DNA from: Eledone cirrhosa
Lineage: Eukaryota
Direction: 5' to 3'
NCBI GenBank assembly: GCA_964016885.1
Contig: OZ024747.1
Coordinates: forward strand, 81,778,001 to 81,842,000
Length of the DNA: 64,000 nt
Of this stretch, positions 24,988 to 38,267 are shown one piece after another. The notes below the pieces were generated by a model. That model was given only the letters and a program-made list of their open reading frames with translations, searched no databases and was not told the DNA's origin. A program made the position numbers and the translations under genes. The first letter of the stretch is position 1. Each line of letters begins with the position of its first letter.

Positions 24988-25770
24988 TTAACAAATCTCT
25001 AATATTGTCACTGGTTAATAAAATCAGGAATCATCATTATCATTATTTGGCATTTATTTTTCCATGTTAGTATTAATTCGATAGGTCATCACAGACCAAG
25101 TGAGTACTTATCAAAACTCCTGTATTCCCAGACAAGCCTGGGGTTAAGGTCACACTTACATATGTTCCAGTTTTGCATGGTTACAACAACTGTATGCCCT
25201 TCCTAACACCAACCCCCTTACAGAATTATAGTTCTAAAATCATTAGCAAATACTACAATTTTACATATATATTTTTTAAAAAGCACACTATTAGCAGATA
25301 ATATAGGGTACCTGATGGGGTTTTCCAAGGTAACCAAAACATGGAGTATTGTAAAAAACAGCCAGAACCCAAAATGATTATAAAAGAAACATATTTTCTC
25401 CAAAGGTATTGCCAGATTCAACTCCAATAATGAATTTGTTTACAAGTGTTCATCTTCTAAAAATATGAAATATTTGCAAAATAAACATTTAATATAAATA
25501 ATAAAAAATCCTTCTAAATAATTGCTTATGTGAGCAAACAATGAATATACATGAATGTGACTGCAGTAATCATGTTTGCTGAATTTGTTTATCCATAGAA
25601 AGTTGTATTTGATAAATTTATCAATTATAAGTTATTTTGTTTAACCTTTACATCAAAAATAATTTCTTCTGAATACCTCATGCTACAACATTTGAATACT
25701 TGAGTTCTTTCTTGTTTGTTTCTCTCAACTTCTTTCTATTTTTTATTATTATTTTAACAAACACACAGTA

Positions 25771-25833
<63 letters not shown>

Positions 25834-26039
25834 TTTATGTGTGAAAATGCATGTGCATGTGTGTGTGTGGTCTCTCTGAAGCTATCATAAATTTATAGTC
25901 TTTTCAAATTATATCTGTTTACAGATTTTAAGTCCCTTCAGCTTTTGAAGAGCTTGTAAAGGTGAAAGGCTATTTTTTTGTTTGGCTTAAACTTATAATC
26001 TGTTTAGACATATATAACAACGTAGAAAGATTGTGTGGT

Positions 26040-26400
26040 GCCTGTGTCTAAACTGCAATACTGTATAGAAGTGACACTTGGACCAGCTATTGATATAAAC
26101 ACCTATAGTGTCAAAGAAGCAATTAATATGAAGAATGGTAAAGCTGCTGGACTGTCAGAGATAACCACTAAGATGTTGAAAGAATCTGAAGAAGTAGGAG
26201 CTGAATTACTCACCCTCATTGTAAATCAGATAATACAGGATGGGGTCATACCTAATGACTGGCAGAACAGTATAATAATTGCTACAAGGGAAAAGGTGAT
26301 GCACTAGAAAGGAACAATTACAGCAGCATAAAACTAAAAGAACAAGTTATAGAAGTGACAGGAGTTCTGGTACAACTAATCAAGGAAAGAGTCAAACAAT
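26040..26400 (+). mobile_element. Old internal RTE LINE fragment
   Basis: MKNGKAAGLSEITTKMLK...IVNQIIQDGVIPNDWQNSII aligns with the 5167-5538 ORF (MKTGKAAGPSEIVAEMLK...IVNQVIQNGVLPKDWHSSII). Confidence 0.85.
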
Positions 26401-26560
26401 TTGGAGGAGGGGGAGAAAGTCGGTTAGTTTGATCCCAGTACTTGACTGGTACTATATTTTATGAATCTGGGAAGTATAAAAGGTCAAGTTGACCTTGGCA
26501 AGATTTGAACACAGGGCATACAGAGCCGGAAGAAAAACTACAATTCTGCCAATCTACCAA
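26400..26560 (-). mobile_element. Older Nin-core SINE
   Basis: cccagtacttgactggtact...gttgaccttggcaagatttgaac. Confidence 0.7.
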
Positions 26561-26649
26561 CCTTAGTATTGATGATAACAATACACTTATATGATGAGTA
26601 GTGCTCCTATTGTTTAGAGCAATCAGTTTTATCCAGTAATCTCAAATCA

Positions 26650-27040
26650 TTGTGGTGATTTGTGGTCTAGTGGTTAGTGTGTTTGACTCATGATCATACA
26701 ACTGTAGGTTCATTTCCCAGGTCGAATGCTCCATTATGTTCTTGTGCTAATTCATTTTGCATTGCTCCAGTCCACACAGCTGTAAATGGGTATAAACAGT
26801 AGCAGCTGGAAATCACCATTGCAGACTTAGTATGGCTGAATTAAGTTTTCTTCACAATCATAACACCGTTGGCTTAATTCTTCTGCAGCAACTTTTACCA
26901 TAGCCTCGGGTGGACCAATGCTTTGCAAGTGGAATTTGAAAAATGAAAGCTATTTGTAAGCCCATCAAAAGATGCCTTGTCACTCACTGTGTTATGTATC
27001 TCCATTAAAAGTACACATGTCTGTGGAATACACACATGCA
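26650..27040 (+). mobile_element. Two adjacent old tRNA-SINE relics
   Basis: tggtctagtggttag A-box and ttgctccagtccacacagctgtaaatggg, then ccatagcctcggg..gaccaa, which is also seen at about 28178 and 1605. Confidence 0.55.
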
Positions 27041-27534
27041 TATAGTCACATCATATAGACAGAAATATGAGTTTAGAAGAAATCAAAAATATTTCGAAAT
27101 ATAAAGTCTTAAGAATAGAGAGATAGTACAAAAACAAAATATGATCATTCCACATCACCACCCTTCAACTCAGCTACAAAATATTATATTTTTATGGACC
27201 AAACATATCTTTAAAAAAACAGTCAATATTCAAGAGAAAATGACAAGAGTAAGAAAAACTATACAATCAATAGTTACTATACACACACACACGTTTGACA
27301 GGCTAGTCCACACATATATGTTTATATATACCCATCACATACTCAATACACCATGCGATGCAAGGATAATAAAATAACTCTTTTGTAAACATTCCATATG
27401 ATATCCAACTGATAATGTTCCTAGACAGTGCAATAAAATATTTAAAAAAAAAAGAATGAATGACTTATAGCACGAAATCTACTACTAAAGATTTGTAAAT
27501 GATCTTGGCAAAGTATATATTACCATCAGCACAC

Positions 27535-27539
<5 letters not shown>

Positions 27540-27625
<86 letters not shown>
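27540..27625. repeat. Compound (TA)n(GA)n microsatellite, representative of many in the window
   Basis: Directly visible. Others lie at about 9106-9230, 10206-10255, 25776-25830, 47889-47945, 48088-48140, 49405-49522, 52489-52550, 54770-54835 and 63230-63585. Confidence 0.99.
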
Positions 27626-27628
<3 letters not shown>

Positions 27629-28400
27629 GATGTTACTAATTGAAACTATTAAGAACATTATTCAACTTAGCACTCCATACTTTAAGGAAAGTAAAGCATA
27701 AATGTTATAAGGTGTATAGGTTCTACAGTCAAGTTTAAACTGTTTAAACTTATATCAATATATATGATAATTAAAGAAAAAGCATTTCTCACACCATGAC
27801 AAGATCACCTGTTTCCAGGAGAGAGTACAGCTGTCAGAATTATACAGAGTACAAAATAAGTATATCTTTTATCAACCTCAGATAGTTAAAATGTAGAATC
27901 AACTCTTGTGAGTGTTGAAGTTAGAATGTAAATGGTCATAATAAAATACTACAAAGCAGTATTTAGTTATGACCTTCTGCTTTTGTTGATTCTATCACAA
28001 TAACAACCCTACTAATAGTAACTTCTAGCCTTGGCCCAAGGGTAAATATTTTGTGGTAGGGTGTACCAAACACTCTATCATTACTGGCATAAAAATGATA
28101 TCATAAGAAGTTTGCTTTATAATTATGAGGTCTCGTGTTTGATCCTATAACATAACATCTTGCGTAAACTTCTTTACCATAGCCTCAGGGCCACCCAAGC
28201 TTAGTGAGTAAAATTGGAAAGAATAAAACTGTGTGTTAATCTGCAAGATGGATTGTAGCAAGTCCACTTTTGTTACATATTGTGTCATGTTGGTTTACCC
28301 AGAGAATTATGTTAAGGGTACATGTGCCTGTGTAAAGTTCAACTTACACTCTAATTCCTGAGCTGGATGTTCAGTTGATCAAACAACTGAATACTCCTGT

Positions 28401-28582
28401 GGATTGGCAGTATCGGTAGAGGGTCGGACGCCATGCTTTCCAGCATAGTTACGTCCCTTTACGATCTGAGTTCAAATCCCGCCGAGGTTGACTTTGCCTT
28501 TCATCCTTACGGGGTCGATAAAATAAAGTACCAGTAATGCACTGGGTAATTGCTGGCCTTGTGCCAAAAGTAGAAACAATTA
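28401..28582 (+). mobile_element. Nin/Deu-core SINE (young)
   Basis: Near-identical to 60616-60798. Confidence 0.92.
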
Positions 28583-29429
28583 AATTAATGTAGAGTCTAT
28601 CCCACTAAGACAGAATCACTGGTTCTCTACATTTCTGATGATGTGAGTGACAAGGGAATGTTTGTCACTTGGGAGGCTTTGTTCAAAGAGCACTCATTTT
28701 TCACTTACATCCTTCACCAATATACAGATAAAGATATCATCATCATCATCCTCATATGTCCACTTGTTCATGCTTACATGAGTTGAGTAGCTTTCTTCCA
28801 GCCCAACATCCCTCTACTCATTGAGCTCGTTTGCCATCTCCTCTCTGAGCTCAACTCTCACTACTTCCACTAAAGTGGTGGTTTTAGTGGTGGTTGTAAA
28901 AGAGAATGAATTTCAAAGGCAAGAATGAAAATAAAAATATAAACAGAGAAAAATATTTGATTGATTTGAATTTTTTTTAATCCTAGTTAAAATTTTAAAA
29001 CATAGACCTTAATCTATAGTTAAAATATCAGTCAGGATTTCCGCCTCTCTTTCCTTCAATACTACTAATTACCATAAATTCCTTTCTCTCTTCCCCTCCT
29101 CTCTAGTCTTCTAACACTGTCTCTCTCTCATATATATATAAACAGACACATAAATACACAAACAAACAGAAATACACACACTTTCTCTGACTTTCATATA
29201 ATTCAGCTGTAACACACAGCCTCCTATACCAAACTTGTTCAATCTATCCATCTTTTGAAACAGTAGCCTAGAGAAGGCAGCTATCAACAATCAGTTAATT
29301 AAAAATAATCTATAATATGAATGTATTTTTTGTTTGTTTACTTGCTTGTTTTGTTATTGTGTGTGTAGGGGGGTCTTTTGTCTTTATCAAAGAAACTAAT
29401 ACAATTAAATAAAACAAAATATATGAATA

Positions 29430-29600
29430 ATAATTGTTTCTAATAAAGCCTCAAGGCCAAAAATTAGGTGGACAGGATTGGTCAATAAAATCCACCCCAG
29501 TACATAACTGGTACTTTATTTTATTGAACCCTGAATGATGAAAGGTAAAAATTGACCTCAGCAAGATTTAAACTCAGAATGTAAAGAGCTATGTTAAATA
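29430..29600 (-). mobile_element. Nin/Deu-core SINE (diverged)
   Basis: ctggtactttattttattgaaccctgaatgatgaaagg...aactcagaatgtaaag. Confidence 0.75.
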
Positions 29601-32600
29601 TCACTCAGCATTTTTCTCTATGGTTTAATTATTATTTTGTGGTCATTAACAACTGTGGGTTAATGCTAAGTTATAACTACTAAACAATGGTGAGATCTTG
29701 TTAAATGTCTAAGTTATTTTTACATTTACAAATACTTACACATTATGTAATCAAACAGACTACAACACATGAGTAACAAATCTAAAAACTAGTGATAGCA
29801 ATAAGAATTAAATAAGTCTCACAGGTCAGATTAAAGAGCTTACATACAAAAGCTAGGGAACCCAGAGCAGAAACAATTTGTTTGAAGAATTATTAAACAT
29901 AGCAATACATAATTATATCATTGTTGGTATGGTCTATAATGATATTATTGAGCCACTTGGATGTTTTGGTTGGTAGGTTATTTGCACTCTTAGGCTAGTG
30001 TATTCATGTTGTTTAGCTACAGTTGAATATACATGACCAAAAGCATTCCATCCATGACCATATTGTCTTGTTAGGAATATGCAGAACTTCATTATCTAGC
30101 AAGTCTTTTCCTTAATTAAGACAGTAAGCTTTTATTTGAGGAAGATATAGCAGCCACTTTCAAGGAGACTAAGTGACCACATAGAGGGTCCATTACAATA
30201 TTGTTAGATTGTTAGTTGTGTTTTCTGGTTAAAAGTTAGTGTTACTCAAGAGTTTGCTTTCTGGTTAAAGGGCTGATGAGCAATACTTATCACCAATCTG
30301 ATAGATATGCCCTTTGCTTTAACAACTAATCTGCACAAATACAATATCATGTCTCGTAACATGTATATTATATAAGGAATATTTTGATGATTTCAATTGC
30401 TTAGCCTTTCATGACTAGAAGTTATGATAGATTATAAAAGATGTGTTTCAATTGCTTTATTCCATGAAAATATAGCTCCAGAACATTATGGCATTTGTAA
30501 AAGCAGAAATATAAATGCAGAAAAAGGAATAAAGGACATGAAGTCTGAGAGATCTCAGCAAGAATAGCATTTGATGCCATTTTCTGAGGTCATGAAGTGT
30601 GATTTTACAATAATACTAATAATACTTGCACTTATATCATCTTTTCTAAGATAAAAGATTGTTAAATGTAGCTGAGAGTAATGAGAGTGTAAAAGAGTAA
30701 GGACTGTGGCTCCATCTTTGCAGCACCAATAATAAATATATTGAACATGGAAAAACTATAAATTTCACTTTCATTTCTACCCATCAATTCTATTAATATA
30801 TTTTATAGTTTCTCTATATTGTTAAAAGAAAATATTAACAGAGCTAAATTGGAAATGATGCAATATCTAAAATTGAATAACAGACCTGGAACGTACTTGA
30901 ATACAATATCATGATATGGAAAAAGAATCTAAAAAATATTAAGTTGCAAATTATAAAGGAAGGATAAAGAATGAAACATGTTTATAACACTCTTCCATCA
31001 AATGATAAACTAAAAAGAGGAAATAAAGAAAGAAAATCTCAGTCCCTTTCATACAAATGTTTCCAGATGATGTGCATATATGCACCTATGTTTGAAGATA
31101 TATATATATGCATGTTTGTTTAGTGTGATCAGTGAGATTGATCATCTTCATCATCGTTTAACATCCACTTTCCATTCTAGCAAAGGTTGATGTGTGAAGG
31201 AATAGGTATTTCAATATAGTTAAATTATTTAATGCATTTCAAGTGATTCAATAGATATATGTTTGGTGAAAGAGCATGCAGCCAACCCTATAAAGTGGTC
31301 GTGTTGGTGACTGGATAAAAAGCACCCATGCCACCCAGTCAAGTGGTCATGTTGGTGACACAACAAAATGCACACAGTCCAACCTATCAGTTGGTTATTT
31401 TGGTGCCACAATAAAAAGCACCCAGTCCATGTTGTAAATGTGGTTGGCATTAGGAAGGGTGTACAGCCATGGAAAGCAAGCCAGAAACAGTTCTGTGTGA
31501 ACAAGACAAAATAATCAGATCTAACTTGTTTCACAATGGCGCAAACCAAGTCAGATATAGCTACTGACCTCTCAGATTGGCTGAGAGCTTGCATTTCACA
31601 TAGGTTCCTGCATGCTACCAAATGCTCAGAAGGTTTGGGAGCCCACATCTCACTTACATAATTCATGCACTAAACCTGGTGCATTTTATTGTAGTACCAG
31701 CACTAGAAACATTGCCATGTCTTTCACAAAGCTGACAAGTCCTCCCTCCTGATCCTAAAAACATAGAATACATATAATCCACATCTAACTGTTGTGTCAT
31801 ATTAACAACTACACATGACATCAATCAAATGAACTTCAAGATTTATCTGCCTAACTCCTATCCTCCAATCAGTGTCTGTCTAATGGCTATCTAAATAATC
31901 TAGCTTTATATTTGATAGCTAAGGATGTGTTTCCCAAGTAGAAACCTACAAAATGTATTTGTATACTTAATAACAACAGGAAACGTTTGTGAAATGACTA
32001 TCTGTGTTGCCAAGTCAATATCTACAGTCTAAAAATAAATGAATACAATTTCTATTTATTGCTCTGACTAGCTTCAAATATTGAGTGATAAAAAAGAAAT
32101 AGTCATGCATAGGAAGATGTTGAATTGGAGTTGGTTGTGAGGCATAACTAATAGATTCAAGTATTAGATTTGTTTTAGGCTGTTATTCTTGTATTCTTGT
32201 TGACAATAAATGAAGTAACTATAATACTATGTAACTGGATTGGTCATTGATTAAGCTACTAATACAAAAATATGATTTCATTTTACATCTAGTATGAGTG
32301 GGGCAAGTGTGTGTGGTTATATGTGTATGGTGTGTGATAGAGGAAACGAAAAATAGAAAATGAATCTGAGAAAGAGAAGAAATGACTAAGAGATTATACA
32401 AAAATGGAAAGAATATATTATATACCATGAAGGCAACATTAACAAAGTAAGTAGTAGAATAGAGATGTATATGAAAAAATAGAAAAAGAAAATGGGAGAA
32501 AGAACTGAAAGAAAGAGTATGTAAAAAGTCAAATCTAGTTCTGTCTGACAACTAAAAAAATTACCTGTTTCAATCGCCTTTAGCCAAGAACTATTTTCAG

Positions 32601-33840
32601 AAATTAATAAGAACTAAAAAAAATTATTTTGCATCAGTGATTTTTGGGTTAAATATTTCTGTTCAGATCTTAGCTACTCTCAATGCTTAATTCTACATGA
32701 AGGGACTGACAAATAATGGACAAACACATAATTGGAAATCTCAAAAAGAAACGGTTTCACATACATGTTCCAAGTTAGATTGGTTGGGAAAGTTTTTCCA
32801 AACTTTTATACACCCTATATACTCATTTATAAATTACATTAGTGGATAAGGTACAATGCAATATATATTTTGAACTAAGGTTTTGTACTAAATATGTTAC
32901 ATACAACATTTACAATGAACCATATATTTTGCACTTAAATTATATACATTTGTATCATTTTTGTATCATATATTCTAAACTGAAGTTCTGTAGGTCTTAT
33001 AGAAAAATTATATTTCATGTATTTTCATGGGAAAATTTGCAACTTATACAAGAAAACATATGGCATATATTGTAGCAAATACTGTTTTAAATTTGATTCT
33101 CAGTTATGAAAATAAAACTGACACATATTTAAAGCAAACTGAAGTGATTTTTTAGATGTGGACGGTTGTGCAAGATCATGGGATAAATGGACAGCTTTTT
33201 GTTGCCTGGAAGTTAAACCTAAGAATTGCAGGAGCTGGTGCAATATTGTGCAAGTGTCAACGCTCAGTCATCAGAAGAATGTAAAATCCAAAATCACTCT
33301 CTTCTAAAAACTAGATGAGGTTTAAATAAAAACTAGATGAGGTTTAACAATGAAAGAAAATAGTATGAACAGGACAAAAAATATATAGTACAACCATGAA
33401 TCTATATGTACACGACAGTAATAGTTATAATGAAGGAAGTCTTGATAATAATTATATAATCTATATATATAAAACTGTGGTTGTCTGTCTGTCTATCGAT
33501 TTTTGGCACACATCTCCTCTTAGAATCTCTCACGGAATTGCACCGAAATTGCTATACTTGTACATTGAGCCCTAGCGAAGACATCGGAAAAAAAAAATTT
33601 CAAATTGACCCGCCCTATGTGACGAAATCGAATATAATGTATCGATTTTTGAGCGTAAGTTATCAGTTATTTCCCTTTGTTCTGTTTACATTGAGCGTCT
33701 TACGTAAAAAATTACGCTGGCTTTCTCAGCGTTTAAAATGACATTAACACAATACACGTAAAAGCATTTTAAAACAATATTTTTACTTGAAAACAAGTCT
33801 ATTTAAAGACTACGTAAAACAAGCAAATATTTCGTCGTTA

Positions 33841-35205
33841 GGCGTGCAGACAGACAGTCGTGCAGACAGACAGTCGTGCAGACAGACAGTCGTGCAGACA
33901 GACAGTCGTGCAGAGAGGTGATATACGCGTGCAGACAGACAGTCGTGCAGAGAGGTGATATAGGCGTGCAGACAGACAGTCGTGCAGAGGTGATATAGGC
34001 GTGCAGACAGACAGTCGTGCAGAGAGGTGATATAGGCGTGCAGACAGACATCTATATATATAAAACTGTGGTTGTCTGTCTGTCTATCGATTTTTGGCAC
34101 ACATCTCCTCTTAGAATCTCTCACGGAATTGCACCGAAATTGCTATACTTGTACATTGAGCCCTAGCGAAGACATCGGGAAAAAAAAATTTCAAATTGAC
34201 CCACCCTATGTGACGAAATCGAATATAATGTATCGATTTTTGAGCGTAAGTTATCAGTTATTTCCCTTTGTTCTGTTTACATTGAGCGTCTTACGTAAAA
34301 AATTACGCTGGCTTTCTCAGCGTTTGTCGAGCCAGCAAAATATTGACCTGCAAAATTCATCAGTTCGAACACTAAGCTTCCGTTTTGCTTCATTTCCATT
34401 TAAAAGCATTTTAAAACAATATTTTTACTTGAAAACAAGTCAATTTAAAGACTACGTAAAACAAGCAAATATTTCGTCGTTAGGCGTGCAGACAGACAGT
34501 CGTGCAGACAGACAGTCGTGCAGAGAGGTGATATAGGCGTGCAGACAGACAGTCGTGCAGAGAGGTGATATAGGCGTGCAGACAGACAGTCGTGCAGAGA
34601 GGTGATATAGGCGTGCAGACAGACAGTCGTGCAGAGAGGTGATATAGGCGTGCAGACAGACATAACTGATAATTTGGTTACGCTAATGTTTTTCTCTGCG
34701 TTGCAGTGTTTACATTTTCGATCTTTGTTAATAAATAACCAGTGCAGTTTCTATCCCCAGCATCCTCTTTTGTTATAACATTCGGGTTATCGTTATGTTT
34801 TCTTAACTTCATAAGGCATATTGTTGGTTGAGGGAATATTAATCAAAAACACCACATGCAAGTCTGCACAGTAGACACTACAGTTTTTAAGCCAAGAAAC
34901 AAACTTAACATTGTAACTTTTATTGACCTGCAAAATTCATCAGTTCGAACACTAAGCTTCCGTTTTGCTTCATTTCCATTTAAAAGCATTTTAAAACAAT
35001 ATTTTTACTTGAAAACAAGTCTATTTAAAGACTACGTAAAACAAGCAAATATTTCGTCGTTAGGCGTGCAGACAGACAGTCGTGCAGACAGACAGTCGTG
35101 CAGAGAGGTGATATACGCGTGCAGACAGACAGTCGTGCAGAGAGGTGATATAGGCGTGCAGACAGATAGTCGTGCAGAGAGGTGATATAGGCGTGCAGAC
35201 AGACA
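33841..35205 (+). repeat. Three arrays of a 16/37-bp minisatellite inside the Helitron (about 33841-34050, 34483-34662, 35063-35205)
   Basis: Units gcagacagacagtcgt and gcagacagacagtcgtgcagagaggtgatataggcgt are directly visible. Confidence 0.95.
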
Positions 35206-35463
35206 TAACTGATAATTTGGTTACGCTAATGTTTTTCTCTGCGTTGCAGTGTTTACATTTTCGATCTTTGTTAATAAATAACCAGTGCAGTTTTTATCCC
35301 CAGCATCCTCTTTTGTTATAACATTCGGGTTATCGTTATGTTTTCTTAACTTCATAAGGCATATTGTTGGTTGAGGGAATATTAATCAAAAACACCACAT
35401 GCAAGTCTGCACAGTAGACACTACAGTTTTTAAGCCAAAAAAGAAACTTAACATTGTAACTTT
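34341..35463 (+). repeat. Tandem duplication of about 540-580 bp inside the Helitron
   Basis: tattgacctgcaaaattc...cattgtaacttt occurs at 34341-34920 and again at 34921-35463. The copies differ mainly in minisatellite copy number. Confidence 0.9.
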
Positions 35464-35960
35464 AACACAGCTACTGAGCGACCCCGAGCAACGCCGGGCT
35501 TTACTGCTAGTCTATATATATAAAACTGAGGTTGTCTGTCTGTCTACTAAAACCTTCGGCACACATCTCCTCTTAAACCGTACGTTCAAATTTCGGTGAA
35601 ATTGCTACACTTATAGATGAAGGTCCGGCGGAACCATCGGTCAAATAAATTTTCAAATCGACCCACGCCCAGTGTAAAAATCGAATTTGTAATGTATTGA
35701 TTTTTCAGTTCAAATGTATAAATAGAGATGAGAGACGAGTTATTTCCCTTTTATGGCGTCATTTGCTTATCTATTTATGTTACGTATAAACGACGCGGTG
35801 GACCGAGAAGAACAATTTCATGCAATGAGAAGACCAAGTTTATGGTGTAAATGGAGTCGTTAGACTAATATTCTATTTAAAATAACCGAATGATTTCCAG
35901 CCCCGGAGTTTAAGAATGATGTAAATAAAATTGTAAACGAAAATGACAGGTTATTAAAAT

Positions 35961-36068
35961 AGTTGTTTCTACTTTTGGCACAAGGCCAGCAATTAAACAG
36001 TACATTACTGGTACTTTATTTTATCGACCCCGTAAGGATGAAAGGCAAAGTTAACCTCGACGGGATTT
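35961..36068 (-). mobile_element. 5'-truncated Nin-core SINE inside the third Helitron unit
   Basis: Tail and core are intact. It is truncated at the B box with a 13-bp inverted copy. Confidence 0.85.
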
Positions 36069-36964
36069 TAACTTTGCCTTAACATAGTAAAAATAAATAG
36101 TGAAGATTTAGGCGAGTACATACGTATGCACCGACGAACATACACATACTTATACATACGTACACACAAATACACACACACACGTGCGCGTGCGCGCGTG
36201 TGTGTAAACCTTATGCATTTCTACAGTATTTTCACCAAACTTAAGACATAGGTTACTCATGTACTCCGGATGGTCATGGACACTTTCATTTTTCCAGATA
36301 TTGATTATAGGGCCTCCCGGCGGATAACGCCCTTTAACCACTTCCTTGGAGTCGACTGAAGCACTGCAGTGCAATGCAAAAAAAACGTCATAACTTCTGG
36401 AGTTCGCAACCGATTTTCACAAAACTTGACACATGGGATACGTTTGTTCTACAGATGAATGTGAACTCTCAGAATTGGCACATATTGAGTAGGGGACCCC
36501 TGAGGGCAGGAACCCCCTTTTGGAAAAAGTCGATGAGTTTATAAAAGTATAGTTTTCGAAGCAGCACTGAAGTATTGACATAAATGGTATACATAACTGC
36601 TATTTAATACCCGAGCAACGCCGGGTACCTCTGCTAGTGAATGATAAAACACAATCCAGGAGAATAAGTTAATAATATACACCTGACTTTGTGTGTGCAC
36701 ATGAATGTGTGTGTTTGTTTTGTTACTAGTACTGCATTTTTTAACAAGTGTCCTAACTCAATTTGCTTCTATATGAAGTTGTTTTTATGATTGTAATCAG
36801 ATGGTACTAATATTTTACACAATCATTGTCATCACATAAATATATCTTCTTAAGCTATAGCTGATAAGGAAGTTTACAGATGAGGGTGTAATGTCAATGT
36901 TTAACGATAGAGATCTATTTCTAATACCCTATCTAAGATTCATGGATAATTGTTATAATAGTAA

Positions 36965-37365
36965 TAATTGTTTCTACTTTTGGCACAGAGCTAGCAATTT
37001 GAAGGGGCAGAGAAAGTCGATTAAATCAACCCCAGTGTGTTACTAGTACTTTATTAATTAAACCATGAGGAAAGCTAACAGGATTTGAACTCAGAATGTA
37101 AAGGGCTATAACTATATGATGCAAATTATATTGTCATAATTATAATAATTGTTTCTACTTTTGGCACAAAGCCAGCAATTTGAAGAGGCAGAGAAAGTCG
37201 ATTAAATCGACCCCAGTGTGTTTCAGGTACTTTATTTTATCAACCCGTGAGGAAAAAAATCAAAGCTAACCACAGCAGGATTTGCACTCAAACTGTAAAG
37301 GGGTGTAACTATATGCTGCAAAGCATGTTGTTTGACACTTTATCTACACTGCCAATCTACCACCA
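36965..37365 (-). mobile_element. Two tandem Nin-core SINEs (about 36965-37125 and 37145-37365)
   Basis: Both start taattgtttctacttttggcaca...gcagagaaagtcgattaaatc and share an internal deletion in the core. Confidence 0.85.
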
Positions 37366-37518
37366 TGATAACAATAATGATAATGATGATTTATTGTATT
37401 GGGCAATAAGCCAATATTATGTTGGTGACAAAACTGGTTAATCTCTTGTACATTCCTGATATTTATTTTCATTAATCAACCCTAAAGAGAGGAAAATGAC
37501 GTAGTCAACTTCAATATA

Positions 37519-37687
37519 TTGTATTTCCCGGCACCGAAGGTGCTTTGTCCTCGAGGATACATCCTAATTTTGACAACCAAAAATTTGAAAAAAAATAATA
37601 AACAACCTTTGGCCTCCAGGATGCATGGTAGATTTTTGAGACCTTATTTCAGGAAAAAAGTAGCATCTTCGACACCAGGAAATACAG
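37519..37687. mobile_element. Tc1/mariner-superfamily (Tc2-like) MITE
   Basis: TA-flanked. Imperfect 26-bp terminal inverted repeats ttgtatttcccggcaccgaaggtgct / agcatcttcgacaccaggaaatacag (20 of 26 matches). Confidence 0.7.
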
Positions 37688-38152
37688 TAACTTAAATGCA
37701 AAGGCAATGATGGAATAAAACCAGTTTTCTAGATATTCTCGACTAATATATTGTTATAACCAAAGGGATATTTTGTAGGAGTATAATATAGTTGATTGAA
37801 TTGACCTCAGTTTATTACTGGTATTTATTTGATTTGTTATTATTAAGTCCCAAATGGAGGGAGGAGCATTAGCAATATCTCAGTGGCACCAGTTAATATC
37901 AAAACAGAGCTAGTGAACTAATTGTGGAGTGTTGTGTCTAGTCTGAGAACAATGAAGATGAAAATGAAGAGAGAGATGATGAAGAGAAGGAGGAGGAGAG
38001 GATAATTGATTTTGATAAAAGCAGTTCTTTTTTAATGTCTAAACCAAACAAACATAATTTCTCTGAAGTTATTTTTATGAAAAACAAAGATAAAATTACT
38101 TGATATCAGAAAAATTAATGCTAACGTGTATTTTGACTTATTTCCTATATAG

Positions 38153-38267
38153 AACTATAGGAGTTATTTCTTCATTGTCAGTGTTGTGGATGAGAGAAGA
38201 AGATGAAGAGGTGTGCAGTCTCCCCATTGGGAATTTCTCTGCGAGAAGTACAAGGGGTCCGGGACAT
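38153..38267 (+). other. Candidate spliced exon on the + strand (antisense to the WAP gene), coding status unknown
   Basis: Branch-like tgctaac at about 38119-38125, pyrimidine tract with ag at 38151-38152, and donor |gtaagtatg at 38268. Exon GC is higher than the flanks. Confidence 0.35.

Larger units (their letters stand above)
33460..36637 (+). mobile_element. Compound non-autonomous Helitron with three 5' heads and two 3' ends
   Basis: 5' TCTATATATATAAAACTG heads at 33460, 34051 and 35511. 3' hairpin CCCGAGCAACGCCGGG plus CTAG ending at 35510 and 36637. The block sits between A33459 and T36638 with no target-site duplication, as expected for Helitrons. Confidence 0.9.

Noticed and set aside
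28405-28485. tRNA gene-like A and B boxes
   Set aside because: They are SINE heads followed by the Nin core, and no complete cloverleaf is evident. The same applies to the other copies.
32566-32614. Minus-strand 49-nt exon candidate (ttttttag|...acag|gtaatt)
   Set aside because: It is open only in phase 0, has a stop in the phase needed after the WAP exon, and shows no domain signature.
33305-33347. 22-bp tandem duplication
   Set aside because: It is an ordinary slippage duplication with no further structure.
33841-35205. Regular repeat arrays resembling a CRISPR array
   Set aside because: There are no unique spacers. The units are tandem minisatellites inside a Helitron, the context is eukaryotic, and no cas genes are present.
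33481-35599. Duplicated ORFs (MSVCLSIFG..., MSVCTPISPLC...)
   Set aside because: They are incidental translations of Helitron and minisatellite sequence, with no Rep or helicase motifs.
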